Part shown: in pieces, positions 52,443 through 64,000 of the stretch
Layout of the letters: each line of letters starts with the position of its first letter
Position numbering within the stretch: position 1 is the stretch's first letter
NCBI GenBank assembly: GCA_965112155.1
Contig: OZ218101.1
Strand: one strand, 5' to 3'
From: Podarcis liolepis
Lineage: Eukaryota
Length of the DNA stretch: 64,000 nucleotides
Translations under genes and position numbers: made by a program
Notes under the pieces: generated by a model
Told to the model about the DNA's origin: nothing
Seen by the model: only the letters and a program-made list of their open reading frames with translations
Databases searched by the model: none

Positions 52443-53265
52443 CTAGCTTCAATTAGAAATGCTAACAATCTTGCAAATAAGTGTTGCCATTTGAACTTCT
52501 AGTGTAAAGTAGCTCAATTATTTTCCTCATTCTCTGACTTCCTACATGCTAATCTTTAACAAATAACATTGGAAAGTCTCATTGTCACCTCATTCATTTT
52601 GCCAAAACATGGAGCTTCTTCCAATTATCTTGGCACCCCAGGACATGCCTTCATTGCTACCTCTCTGAAAAAACAACCTGGAGCTGTCCTCTCCCATGTG
52701 TATGCCCTCCACTGTTCTACTGCTTATAACCACAACTGTTTCTTTTTACACAAAAAGTACTGCTGTTTTCTGAGATGGCAAGAGGGGAACGGCTGAATTC
52801 CCAGACCAGTGGAAATATCAGCATGGCTAATAATGAAATCTGCATTCAGAATTCCAGAATGTATTTTAAAATGTCAACCAACTGTCATTTAAAAAACTTG
52901 CCCAGATACATGTACATGAAAGATTGATTCTCTTAGGTGTGATGTTGAGAGTTTTATGTTACAAAATAATTGCTCCCATTGTTAGCTACTTGCTCTTCTT
53001 ATCTGTGGCTAATCACAAACAAGGGAAACATTTGCTTTGTAAGCAAACCTTCAGAGCAAGAATGAGATCTATCCTTGAGGAAATAGCCAGAATACCAGTT
53101 TGAAGTATGCCACATCTTAGTATTTGAGTGTTAGCAAGATTATACAAGAGCTTCATTTAAGAATGGGTGTCTGTTCTCATTCCCATGCCCTTCCTGTTTT
53201 CAGACAAAATGAGATTTGTCCTCAGAATCTCCTTCTTACACTACCCTTTAAGTAGTGTTATAGAA

Positions 53266-53392
53266 CAGTGGCGGCTAATCTGTAATGTTGTTGGACTCTG
53301 ATTCCTATCAGCCTCAGCCAGCATGGCCATGTCTGACATGATGGAAGTTGCAAGCCAGCACAATCAGGAGGGTCACAGGTTCCCCATCCCTG
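53266..53392. mobile_element. Short hAT MITE; relatives at about 17845-17948, 23864-24005, 25763-25880, 30680-30770, 43699-43822 and 56530-56663
   Basis: Ends CAGTGG / CATCCCTG, perfect 8-bp TSD TTATAGAA (53258-53265 / 53393-53400); family motif GGACTACAACTCCCATCA..GATGGGAGTTGTAGTCC. Confidence 0.8.
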
Positions 53393-53759
53393 TTATAGAA
53401 AATTTGATATATACTTGGCATGTCATTTTGTTTTTTTAAAAAACACAAAGCAAAACACCACCTGAATTACCTATATAACTGTGTAGCGCGGGGGTGTGAT
53501 TCTTAATACCCACTGCAGTGAGACAAGATAAAGTGTGGATAAACCCTCAAAGCCTCAGGTGCAATAAGCTGCTTCCAAACTCTGCTGTTGTAGGAAACAG
53601 AGAGGTGGGGGCAACAGCATCTTAGGGCTCCACACAAATGATTATAGTCTGCATGAGTGATGCCTTCGTGTCCAACATGTTGGTCCCAAGCTACCAGTGG
53701 GGAGGAGGGTGGCTGGTGAATGGAACCAAATGTACACTTCATCAGGATCAGACCTATGT

Positions 53760-54043
53760 CTAGTTACAGATAGGTAGCCGTGTTGGTCTGCCATAGTCAA
53801 AATAAAAAAATTCCTTCCAGTAGCACCTTAAAGACCAACTAAGTTAGTTCTTGGTATGAGCTTTCATGTGCATGCACACTTCTTCAGATACACTGAAACA
53901 GAAGTTGCCAGATCCTTCTTTATATAGAAGGATCTGGCAACTTCTGTTTCAGTGTATCTGAAGAAGTGTGCATGCACGAAAGCTCATACCAAGAACTAAC
54001 TTAGTTGGTCTTTAAGGTGCTACTGGAAGGAATTTTTTTATTT
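53760..54043. mobile_element. Penelope-like fold-back element, copy 2 (intron 11)
   Basis: Inverted repeat 53800-53919 / 53926-54043 (one substitution, one 2-nt indel, 6-nt loop); left part nearly identical to copy 1; 10-bp direct repeat AGACCTATGT at 53750-53759 and 54044-54053. Confidence 0.85.
53954..53989 (+). ncRNA. Minimal hammerhead ribozyme motif with altered stem II (mirror copy on the - strand at 53854-53891)
   Basis: GTAT-CTGAAGA-AGTGTGCATGCAC-GAAA-GC-TC-ATAC; core intact, 2-nt deletion in stem II relative to copy 1. Confidence 0.6.
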
Positions 54044-54600
54044 AGACCTATGTGTGTGAGTCTTCTGAGCTCCTTGGCCCTTGGCCAGTGCCTGACTTGG
54101 CTGATTTTTGCTGCTGACCGTGATCGCATCTAACATGTTAAAGCCAGGATACAAAATAGTAATATTTTTTTTAAAAGTTAAGAATTAACTTCTACTCTGT
54201 TGCACACATGTATCTACATTTTCCAGTATTTTTCTTGCCAACTCCCTTGGCTGGCTGAGTGACCTCTGTGCATCCTGTGGGGTACAGCTCACAGTGCCAC
54301 ACCTAATTTATTGTAACCTGTCATCAGTACATCATGAGAATGAGATAAATCCATGTTAAATCCTAAATGTTCAGAATATAATGATTCTGGAAATATAAAG
54401 GTCTCCTGGGTAAGCTGCCTTCCTGTTATGATTCCATTATTTCCTTGGCTTTATATGATGGTGGCACCTCCTAGTTGCTGCACTGCTTTTCACTGAATTA
54501 ATGGAACAACTGAATCATGTCAGTGTCAGTAGTCAGGAAGATCACTGAAAAATAATTATTAAAAACGGATAAGAACTAAAACTATCCTTTTCCCCAACAG

Positions 54601-54709
54601 ACTGCTAGCATGTTGATTGTGGCTGAATCCAGGTCATCCGGAATCTACAGTTGCATAGCTTCCAATAAAGTGGGAAGTGACGAAAGAAATATTAGTTATT
54701 TTGTAACAG
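54601..54709 (+). CDS. FLT1: FLT1 exon 12 (end of Ig domain 5)
   Basis: caacag|TASMLIVAESRSSGIYSCIASNKVGSDERNISYFVT|gtgaga; 109 nt. Confidence 0.96.
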
Positions 54710-54853
54710 GTGAGATACAATTAATGTGATATTAAATCATACAGCTATTGATCGACTACATTTTGACCCATTTCTGTTTGGAGGGATAACAATAGTGAAT
54801 GAAAATAACAAAAATTATAGGGTGCTAATAGATTAATCCTTATTCTGGAATTA

Positions 54854-55198
54854 CAGTGGTGCCCCGCAAGACGAATGCCTCGCAAGACGGAAAACTCGCT
54901 AGACGAAAGAGTTTTCCATTTTGGAGGTGCTTCGCAAAACGAATCTCCTATGGGCTTGCTTCGCAAGGCGACAATGTATTGCGAGTTCCTGCTGGTTTTT
55001 TTCCTCCCCCCCCCTTTACTAAGCCGCTAAGCCTCTTATCAGCTGATCCGATCAGCAGATAAGCCGCTAAAAGCAGCTAAAAGCCGCTAATAGCGCTAAT
55101 AGCGCTAATCCATCAATGGGCTTGCTTCGCAAGACGAAAAAACCGCTAGACGAAGAGAATCACAGAACGGATTCTTTTCGTCTTGCGAGGCACCACTG
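54854..55198. mobile_element. Young Tigger/pogo-like MITE
   Basis: TIRs CAGTGGTGCCCCGCAAGACGAA / TTCGTCTTGCGAGGCACCACTG, TA flanks, many intact CpGs, internal GCCGCTAA repeats. Confidence 0.9.
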
Positions 55199-57119
55199 TA
55201 TTACTGGCTGGGAATTTTCTCTTCGTTACCAGCCGCCACCTGTGACTTGTGAGCTATTTTCTTCTTCCCCTTAAGGTATTATTACAAAATACCTTCAACA
55301 TGGCTGGTTCACTTGTAGCTCCGTCATGTATGTTCACAGCAAGGTGTGGGCCTCCGAAGTGAGCATTGGTCTCACATGCCCTGCAAGAAACCAAATGCAT
55401 GCTGGACTCTATCCATGAACATACTGGTGTGGATCTATTATGGGCTGAACTAAGAAATTACTTTGTAGCATGAGAAAAGCACTTGGGTGAATCCATTCTA
55501 ACAACTTGTTATAACAAGCTTACCCTTTTCTCCTTACAGTCAACTGCTCTTGCTGAGGGACAAAAAACCCCACAAAAAACACCACCTTTAAACTAATGCC
55601 AGTACAAAATGCTGATGGTTGTGAACAAAAGGCCAGGATGCTAAAAAGGATTTCCTTTCAGTATATTCAAAATAGATACTTCAGGGCTAGACTGATTGCT
55701 AGAAGTTGTTAGCTTTTCAACAGCTTTCAAGTTTGTTCTCATTTGAAGACTGGCTTCATCAGAGAATGGCAGGAAGGGGACAGGAACATATCTGGGGCAA
55801 AAAAAAAAAAAAAGCCTTCTAGAGCCTGTAGAGTGGACCAGATGAATATGTCCTGGGACATGTGTACATTCTGACCACAGGGTAGAAGCACTAGATTCAA
55901 TATAAGCCTGATCCTTCCCCTATTTTTTGTGGTTGTTTTGCTGGCACACAGCAGGGCCATGGGTGTGTTTGCAATTACTGAGGGTGAGACAGGAACAGCA
56001 AAGCCTTATCTCCTGGCTGACCAGTGTCACTAAAGGCATTTTATTTTGAGATTCCTGATGGTGCTTGGCAAAGATAAACAAAATCTTCCATCAGGAAACC
56101 TGGGAGCTATTTCCACAGGAAGTTTCAAATCACTACAGTAAATAAAACTCTTTTACATCATTCCAGCCACTCGCTATCCCGCTTTTCTCAGGCTTTAACA
56201 AATTCTGTGAGGTGGTTATAAATCAGGAGTCTTTTAAAGAAGAACTTAGTGTAATGTCTTCTTCTAAAATCAGTTTGTTTCTTTTGTCTCAAAATAGCCT
56301 GTATACAAAATTATCTCTTTAAACTGGACAGTATTTTTAACATTATGATAGTTACTTTATCAACTGTCCTGTGATCTCTGGATGAAGGGTGATACAAATG
56401 TAATAAATAATTATAATAAATAAAGTACGCATTGTGTCAGGATTAGACATAGATATGTCACTTAGCTTTTGCTTGATCTTTGTGTGCAATAACTTGGTTT
56501 GTTCATTAGCTAAGTAACATTATATATATGGGAAAGGGAACCTGTAACCCAGCAAATGTAGTTGGACTCCAGTTCCCATCGGCCTCAACCAGCATGGCTA
56601 ATGGCCAGGGATGATGGGAGTTGTAGTCCAGCATATCTGGAGGCCCAGAGGTTCCCCATCCCTGTGAGGAAGATGTAGCTTTCACATTAGGCTATATATT
56701 ATGTAGCTCAGAATTTAGCTCAGGGCAATTGCTACTTATACTAAGATCCTTATAATAATTTGAACATAGCAAATGTAAACTGGAATCCATTTCAAATGCT
56801 CACCTAATCAAATGCAGGCATAAATATTGATCAGGCAACTGAAACAGGTAATCTAAAGTTATACAGAGGCTATAAAGGAAATTTTATGCGTATATGATTA
56901 GACGCCAGTTTTTATTATAAAAGAGAAATCTGAAAATGAGTTTGAACTCTCTATAAATCCTCACAGTCACGAGGCCCTCACTCCTTTGAGAAGCTCAAAA
57001 ACATGGTCCTCTTTCATTGTTTCCTTGGTAGGAAGAGCAAGAGTTAGCTTCAGATGAGTTTGTGTGGGAGAAGGTGGACTGTGCCCTATGAATAAAAAGT
57101 ACGTTTTGTTTTTTGACAG

Positions 57120-57410
57120 ATGTGCCAAATGGATTCCATATTAACTTAAAGAAAGCACCAATTGAAGGAGAAACCTTGGTGTTGTCCTGTTTAGCCAACA
57201 AATTTCTGTACAAAGACATTGCCTGGTTATTACCAAGGACAGTTAACAACCAAACAAGAATAAAAAAGGCAGCCACTAAGGAGTATTCCATTGGTCTCAC
57301 TCTCAGCATCAAGAATGTTTCGCTTGAACATTCAGGCACGTACACCTGCCGAGCAAGGAACATATACACTGGAGAAGAAGTGCTTCAAGAGAAAGACGTT
57401 ACAGTCAGAG
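57120..57410 (+). CDS. FLT1: FLT1 exon 13 (Ig domain 6)
   Basis: tgacag|DVPNGFHINLKKAPIEGETLVLSCLANKFLYKDIAW...HSGTYTCRARNIYTGEEVLQEKDVTVR|gtgagc; 291 nt. Confidence 0.97.
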
Positions 57411-57505
57411 GTGAGCACTGTAACAAAAAGGCTGTTTTCTCACGGATCCGCAAATTTAAGAGCGCAAGGAATGATTGTACAACACAACACAACATAAACC
57501 ATTAA
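57411..57505 (+). CDS. FLT1: Intron-13 read-through coding tail of soluble FLT1 (sFLT1-i13)
   Basis: Frame continues through the exon 13 donor as GEHCNKKAVFSRIRKFKSARNDCTTQHNINH* (31 aa), matching the recalled human tail GEHCNKKAVFSRISKFKSTRNDCTTQSNVKH at 26/31 positions. Confidence 0.93.
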
Positions 57506-60500
57506 AGGACTCACTAAAAAGTGAAAGTTCTCTCATATAATCTTGATTGATTACTGCTGTACACTTCCAAAAAATGGGAGGTTTGGACATAGGAGGAGTA
57601 GCCATGCAAAAATGAACCAAAAAGAGAGAGAAAATAAACAACAAACCCCCCAACCTGGGCTTGCATTTGGCTCAGGAAGATATGTTCTGCTTTGACAAAG
57701 ATATGGAAGTTGGGATTTGGAAGACTTCCCCATCCCCTGCACTGAATTTTGTGTGTTATGTTGTATTGTTCTTTGCAGTCTCCCACCAAGTGCTAATGAA
57801 AAACTTTGGACTACCTTCTCCTCGGCTTTGATATTCGACCTCCTCCTAAGTGTCAAAGCTGCATAAACTGAAAACACTTTTTTTAAAAAATAGAAAAACT
57901 GCTGGCTTGGGTCAACATTGGACATTTTATAACTTAACTTTAAAGTGCAGAATAAGCACGGCTCAGTTCGAGAGATTGACTGGACTACAGTATTTTTTAC
58001 TTTAATCTGCTCTTTGTGGATTTATAAATATTGCCTGCTGAGCAAGTTCTTATGCTTATTTATTTGAAATCATTTTTCTACACTAAATATATTAATCTTT
58101 TTTTAAAAAGAAAACCAACAATTCTCAGGGAAGGCTCTGAGGATGCAGAATAAGAAATAAAAATGTTGAAATAAGGCACAGCCCTCTTGTATTGTTTGCA
58201 TGAATTAGAATATTTAAACCCACTAGAGTTGGACCCTCTTTCTTTGAACAAATAAACTGTGGTAGCTTTCCCAGTGCCCTCCCTTTGGTTCCCTTTCAAA
58301 TAAATCACAGTGCTACTGTTAAAGGTGTGTTGACATCAGTGGGAAAACTCTTTCCTGATTCATTATGGTATAGTTGTTGTAGCTATCTTTATAAAGGAGA
58401 ATCACCACATTTACCCCTATTGATGAGATTCCAGTCATCACAGAAAAATGTTTAATGTATTTGTCCAAATCTAAATTTAAAATTAAGGCTTTTAGGAGAT
58501 ATATATTATTTATACACATGCACACACCATTGCTTTTCATATGCAAATGATAATAGGATTTAACATGGGGATTTAAAAATGACTAAACTACTGATGAAGA
58601 ATTAAAAGTAATTTTTGTTACTTTTAAGCATTCCTTGTCTTTCTATTTTGTGATTTTATTTCAAGGTGTTTCTGTGTATTATAAAATCTGTATAAGAAAG
58701 AAGTTACTATTTTTAATAGATCTGATAATTTTATTTTTTTACAATGCATATCTATTATATTTGGAGGGTCGTTCATTTATGATTAATTATTATATAGAAT
58801 TCTTTTAGCCAAGCATGTGGGGATCACAATAGCGACAGCAAAAATGGGAACAAAAGTGGCTTTGCTATTAAAACAGAGGGTGACAACATGACAATTTCTG
58901 GTGCCTGAGAACTCACCCACCCATTTCCTCCTTCAAGGTAGCAGGACCGTGTCCCCCAGCCAAGCTTGTCGTTCACGTGGGAATTGCTTTTGTCAAGTGT
59001 GAACTGGTAAACAATAGCATTTCCCCATCATGCCAGTTATGTGGAGCCTAAAATGATTTGAAAACAATTAGCTACCTGGAAGTTGTCAGGGTAAAGAAAA
59101 GAATTATTGTTCCTATCTTGAAATTTCACCTATAGCCTTTTTGTATACAGTAGATCTTTTTTCAATATTACCATGATAGCTTCCAGAAACAATATGCATT
59201 CTGGCAAAGCAACTTTCTGCTGCTGTTTTTAATACGGTTACAAAGCCAATCCGATTATTGGTAACTGCATTCCAGTGACAGCAAGTGTATTTTACTGTGC
59301 ATTCTTGGAGGAAAACAGGAAGAGAGAGCCTCATCTCTATAGAAGTTATATGTCAGAAAATATTTTATGGCAAGAAGTAGGCTGCAATGACAGGACTTTA
59401 TGAATTTGCAGTAGCCTGAAAACTATAGTTTAGGAGTTTGAAGAAGCGAAAGAAGCCGCTGACCGTTGGATTCAATCCACCAAGCACTGATTGTGGGCCA
59501 GCTCCACAGGATGAATTGGAATAGCAAGCATATAAGCCTGATTTACAGTCTAATGGAAAGGTTAGAGCACAATACTCACCTGTGGAAATAAAGGTTTATA
59601 GCAAATCCTAAGGAAAGGAAGGTATCCTGGCAATTCCATAACTTGGAGTTGGCCAAAGCTTCAACAACCATGTGCTGCAATACTTTGAATGATTGTTACT
59701 GCATCACCACCCATGTTGGAATGTATGAAAGAACCTCAATAATCATGTGTAAGAAAAGGGGCTTAGAGGAGTCCCTTTTTGCATTGTAACTGATGCATAG
59801 ATACCACTGCTAATACTGATTACTGCAGTTGCACTGGAAAGGGATGGATTTTGTTCTTTGTTGGATAATTCCCATATATGATGTGGAGAATAATTTTAAA
59901 TTATATTTGTATTTCTTTAAGTGCATATTAAAAGTTCAGATGTGTATTTTCTGACTTATCGGTCATTCAACTGATAATATAAGTTGCCTCATAAAGAGAT
60001 TCAATTGTTAAATGAAATGAGCTGTGCAAAAAGGAGCCAAGATATGTTTAATGTTTTCTTTGTTGGTCATATTTATGTGAGGGTTTTTTTTCTGTCTCAG
60101 GGTTAATTTTCTTCTTGCTACTGAAGGCCTAGGTCCACCAATTTGACGGTAGCAGAGGAATTTATACTGCCTCTGCAATTCCATTCATGTTTCTGTAGTT
60201 AAAGGATACAGTCCACCATGAACTTCTCCTGTACTGAAATTTATACTGAAGTTCCCTGTTAATTGTATGCAAAATTGGCTAAATGGTTGCAAGTCAAACC
60301 GAAAAGAGGTTTCTACCCTAAGGTCAAATGAAAAGAAGCTAAGCTAGTTAGAAGTGCTTGTGAAAATCCCAGTCTGTTACATTCATGAAACACAGAAGTA
60401 GGAGTAAGGAAAAGAATGATTTCTTGCCTTAATCAAGCATTTCCAAATCAGCTAATTATGGCAATAGCCTAATAGAAAGTATGTGAAAAGTGATGCAACC

Positions 60501-60542
60501 TTATCTTTAAGCAAGAAAGCGTTTTTCAATATTGAAAACATG

Positions 60543-60640
60543 TGTATGGCTATAAACAAATTAAAATTAATCAGAAATAACATACAGACTTTGTGACATC
60601 TGTTTTTTTATGGTTTCACTGTCTCAAGTGTCTTGGTTCT
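60543..60640 (+). terminator. Candidate distal intronic polyadenylation site for sFLT1
   Basis: TGTA (60543), TATAAA (60551) and ATTAAA (60560), followed about 25-75 nt later by T/GT-rich tracts (TTTGTG, TGTTTTTTTATGGTTT, GTGTCTTGGTT). Motif inference only. Confidence 0.4.
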
Positions 60641-62063
60641 GCTGTTTTCTGTAGAAACCCATGGAACACAAAACTTACATACCGTATGTGGTTAGATTCA
60701 TTCATCTTTTTCTCTTGGCAAACACATTTTCAACTATCATGCCTTTATAGATAGCACTTTGGCAGAAACAAAAATTAAATAAATGGGCAACAGAATATAA
60801 ACTTCCACAATCCATTGCAAAAAAAGAAAATAATGAGAAAACGTGGGAGGGTGTCTTGATCATTTGTGAAGAAGTGCTCTGTAACTATACTTCATACTAG
60901 TTTCCTGGTTATGCTGCACCAAGCAGTTTATAATCTAGCTGGACACAGGATCAGTACTACAATATTTGGCAGAAATTATGTTCAGTTACTGGGATTATTT
61001 TTAGAAATGATTTTTTATGTTATGGTTTTAACAGCCTGTATATAAAAGGACAGAAGGAAGCTTACAAAAATGGTTATTCTTTCAAATAATTGGTCTGTCA
61101 TAATTAATGATAGAAAGCCTCATCAGATCTTTGTAGGAGTCCAGCTTTCCTACAAAGAGAGGAAAAGCCATTGTGTAGCCAAGTGAGCGCAGTTCTGACC
61201 TTGATCACATCACACAGGAGCATATTATTGCCAAAATGAAAAGAATCTTACCAACATCTTATTCTACCAATAAGCATTCTTTATTATCACAGTGAACATT
61301 GTCCAAAAGATTTCTGGTAGGGGCACCTGAAAAATGAACTAAAGGAACTTAGAGGAGAGAGAACTCCAGGATCCTATAGGATTTTTCAGGTTCACATGTG
61401 CAGTGAGTTATCTTCATGAGATCTCTGGTTAAATCAATTAACAGGAACAGGACATTTGAGTGGAAATGGGTTGTGTCACAATTGGCACAAGAAATATCAA
61501 TCATAGAGAAATATCTTTGCTAGATGGCTGTTCAAAACTGCTTAGGAAGAAAGAAAACCACAAAGGATGAGAGGATTGGCTGGAAGATAGAAAGCTAATT
61601 AATTAGATTAGTCTCTTTTTCATATTTATATTTTATGAGGTTGCTGCCTTAAGACATCTCACATGGTGAGTGACTGGGTAATCTGCATGTGGAGAACAAA
61701 ACCATATTATGCAGAGATAACACTGAAAACAATTTGATTCTATACTTGGTTCATGTGTGGAATTAAGGCACTTGAATTATATGCCTAAATGTGCTGGGCA
61801 GCCTATTATTAAAACACATTTAGTAACCAGATGTTACTAAAAGGGATGAAAAATGGTAAAGCTACTCTGAGAGGTGCACAAGCTGCAGAATTTTCAAAGC
61901 TCAATAAACAACCTCTCCAGTCCACTGAAGGCTTCAGATTGACCTGTTGCCATGTTATAATGTTCACTTGTTTTTTTGTTGGCTATTTGATATTGAACTA
62001 ACCAAAGGCCTCTCACCCCAGGCCTGCTTGTACTGTTTAGTTTTCAAGTATGGCTGTCATTAT

Positions 62064-62146
62064 TATATTATATTATATTATATTATATTATATTATATTA
62101 TATTATATTATATTACATTACATTACATTACATTACATTATATTAT
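62064..62146. repeat. Compound (TATTA)n(CATTA)n pentanucleotide microsatellite
   Basis: Direct reading. Confidence 0.92.
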
Positions 62147-62870
62147 AGCTTATGCAATTTATTTAAATGTTTCCCTCCACAAGACTCCTGGGAACTGTAG
62201 TTTTGTTAAGGGTACTTGGAATTATAACTCTGAGAGTGTAAACTACAGTTGTCAGGGTTCTATGGAAGAAGTAATGTGCTTTAAACATGCTTTAAATGTA
62301 TGGTGTGTATGCAGTCTAAATAATAATAATCCAAACCACATTCACAATACAGACAGACGGTACTCTATTGTGCTTCTAGTAGAGCAACCCTTTGGGTTGA
62401 TGATGCTAGCAAATACTTCCAGAATTGTAACACATTTCAAACTGGAAAGAAAAGCCTGCATTCTTCTTTGTAGAGAAGTCGCCTCAAATTTTGAATAAAA
62501 GCACCAACAAGCTTGGCTGATTTGTATTGTGCTGCCTCTTGTTAGTAGTGATTGATTAGGGAGTGATACTGCCTACAGAACCAAGGTCTATTCAGGATAT
62601 TATTTTCCATGTACCCAGAGAAACAACATGGACAAATTCAACAGGCACCATTTGAACTATTTTGAAACTCTCATTCTCTTGAGCTACTGCAGCAACTGCT
62701 TAGATGTACACTGTGCATGCATATATATATATAACAGAAATAAGTATCAAACAGCTAAAAAAGCTATAGCTTGTATATGGCAAGCATTTTTTATTTTTAT
62801 TTTAGTTTTTTTAAAGGAGGAGGTCACAGCTCTAGAAACATGCTAACTGATGTGTCAATGTGTTTTGTAG

Positions 62871-63017
62871 CTCAGGAAGCACCGTACCTGCTGAGGAACC
62901 TCACTGATCAGGTTGTCAACAGCAGTCACTCTGTTAGTCTGGAGTGCCTTGTTCATGGTGTGCCAGAACCTCAGATATCCTGGTTCAAAAACAACGCACA
63001 GCTACAGCAAGAGCCAG
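62871..63017 (+). CDS. FLT1: FLT1 exon 14 (first half of Ig domain 7)
   Basis: ttgtag|AQEAPYLLRNLTDQVVNSSHSVSLECLVHGVPEPQISWFKNNAQLQQEP|gtgagt; 147 nt; branch-point-like GCTAAC at 62842-62847. Confidence 0.96.
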
Positions 63018-64000
63018 GTGAGTGCAGTACTCGCCATAATTTATTCCTAGATGACACAGTAACATGGGGCCTGCTTTGCAATTCACATCTCTAGGCTTAT
63101 CCACTCTTAGAACTAGATGGCCGTTGCTCCTCACAGCAACCTGAGTGCCTTTGTGAGTGATAACCACTGGTTAGACAGATGCTGCACTTATTCCTGTTTG
63201 GACCACTGGTAGTTCATTTCAACAACGGAGTCAGCCAAAATATTTTGGTGCTTGTGCAGAATATCCAAATTGCACTCTTATACAGGCCCAAGCTAAAAGT
63301 ACAATGGACTGAGTACAGACCATTTGATGCTCCTTGATTGCATCCAAAATAAGCCATCTGAATCATCTGCTTCCCTCTTCCTCCTGGCAGATCCAGCTTT
63401 GATCAGCGCAGTGACAATAGCACCAAGCCAGCCATCGCTGTTCCAAACGCCATGCTATACATCTTGTTTGTTTTTATATGGCAGGTTTTTTAAAAATCCC
63501 ACCCTTCAAAGAACATTTTCCAGGGTGGCTTGCAGAGAACAAGTTATGAGCAACTTCCTCATGCACTTCCTGTGTTGGCACCCTGCAATCACTGGAAGAC
63601 CTGCCATCTGGAAGTGCCTTAAATGTACTTCAAGAATGCTTAGATCTAATGTGTTCTTGGCAGGCAAGTGTCCAAAGACCCTCCCAATAAAAGAAACCTG
63701 ACCGCCAGCATATAAAAGAAACTCGACTGCCTCCATAAGTCTGACAGTTATCCTCAAGCATCCTGCTTGGTGGGCACCACATTGCCTCCCCCTGCCTATA
63801 ACACTGTGCCAGAGTTTGGAGACCGATCTGCTCACTAGAAAGTATAATTTGACATTGAAAAATGTGGAGTATTGCTAGATTGAAGGCTCACCCTCCCCAG
63901 CCAGAAAATCCCTCCTCATGGAGAACTAGTATCTCAGTGACAAGCATTATAGCCTGTATTTTCCCTCAGATGCAAGTTTTCTATGAACAGGGTTTTGTTT

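Noticed and set aside
61947-62498. 183-aa ORF with YYIIL repeats
   Set aside because: Product of the pentanucleotide microsatellite and an adjacent MITE; non-ATG start.
63018-63094. Intron-14 read-through tail (GECSTRHNLF...) as another soluble isoform
   Set aside because: No recognisable conservation and no clear poly(A) signal nearby; an open frame of this length is expected by chance.

Overview
Vertebrate genomic DNA from a squamate reptile, probably a lacertid lizard judging by its Sauria-type SINE and other repeats. The window holds the 5' part of FLT1 (VEGFR1) on the + strand: a CpG island, coding exons 1-14 (signal peptide, Ig domains 1-6 and the start of 7), all GT-AG and in phase, and the 31-aa intron-13 read-through tail that makes soluble sFLT1 (predicted 680 aa from ATG 204). 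Transmembrane and kinase exons lie beyond the window. The introns carry many mobile elements: a full-length but dead Tc1 transposon, Tc1/pogo and hAT MITEs, L2/CR1/BovB fragments, SINEs and an internally deleted LTR retrotransposon with a tRNA-Ser primer-binding site. The most striking non-coding signal is two near-identical young Penelope-like fold-back insertions (introns 3 and 11). Each forms a 95-120 bp near-perfect hairpin with a minimal hammerhead ribozyme motif on both strands. Comparisons to human FLT1 and to repeat families are from recall, not from a database search.
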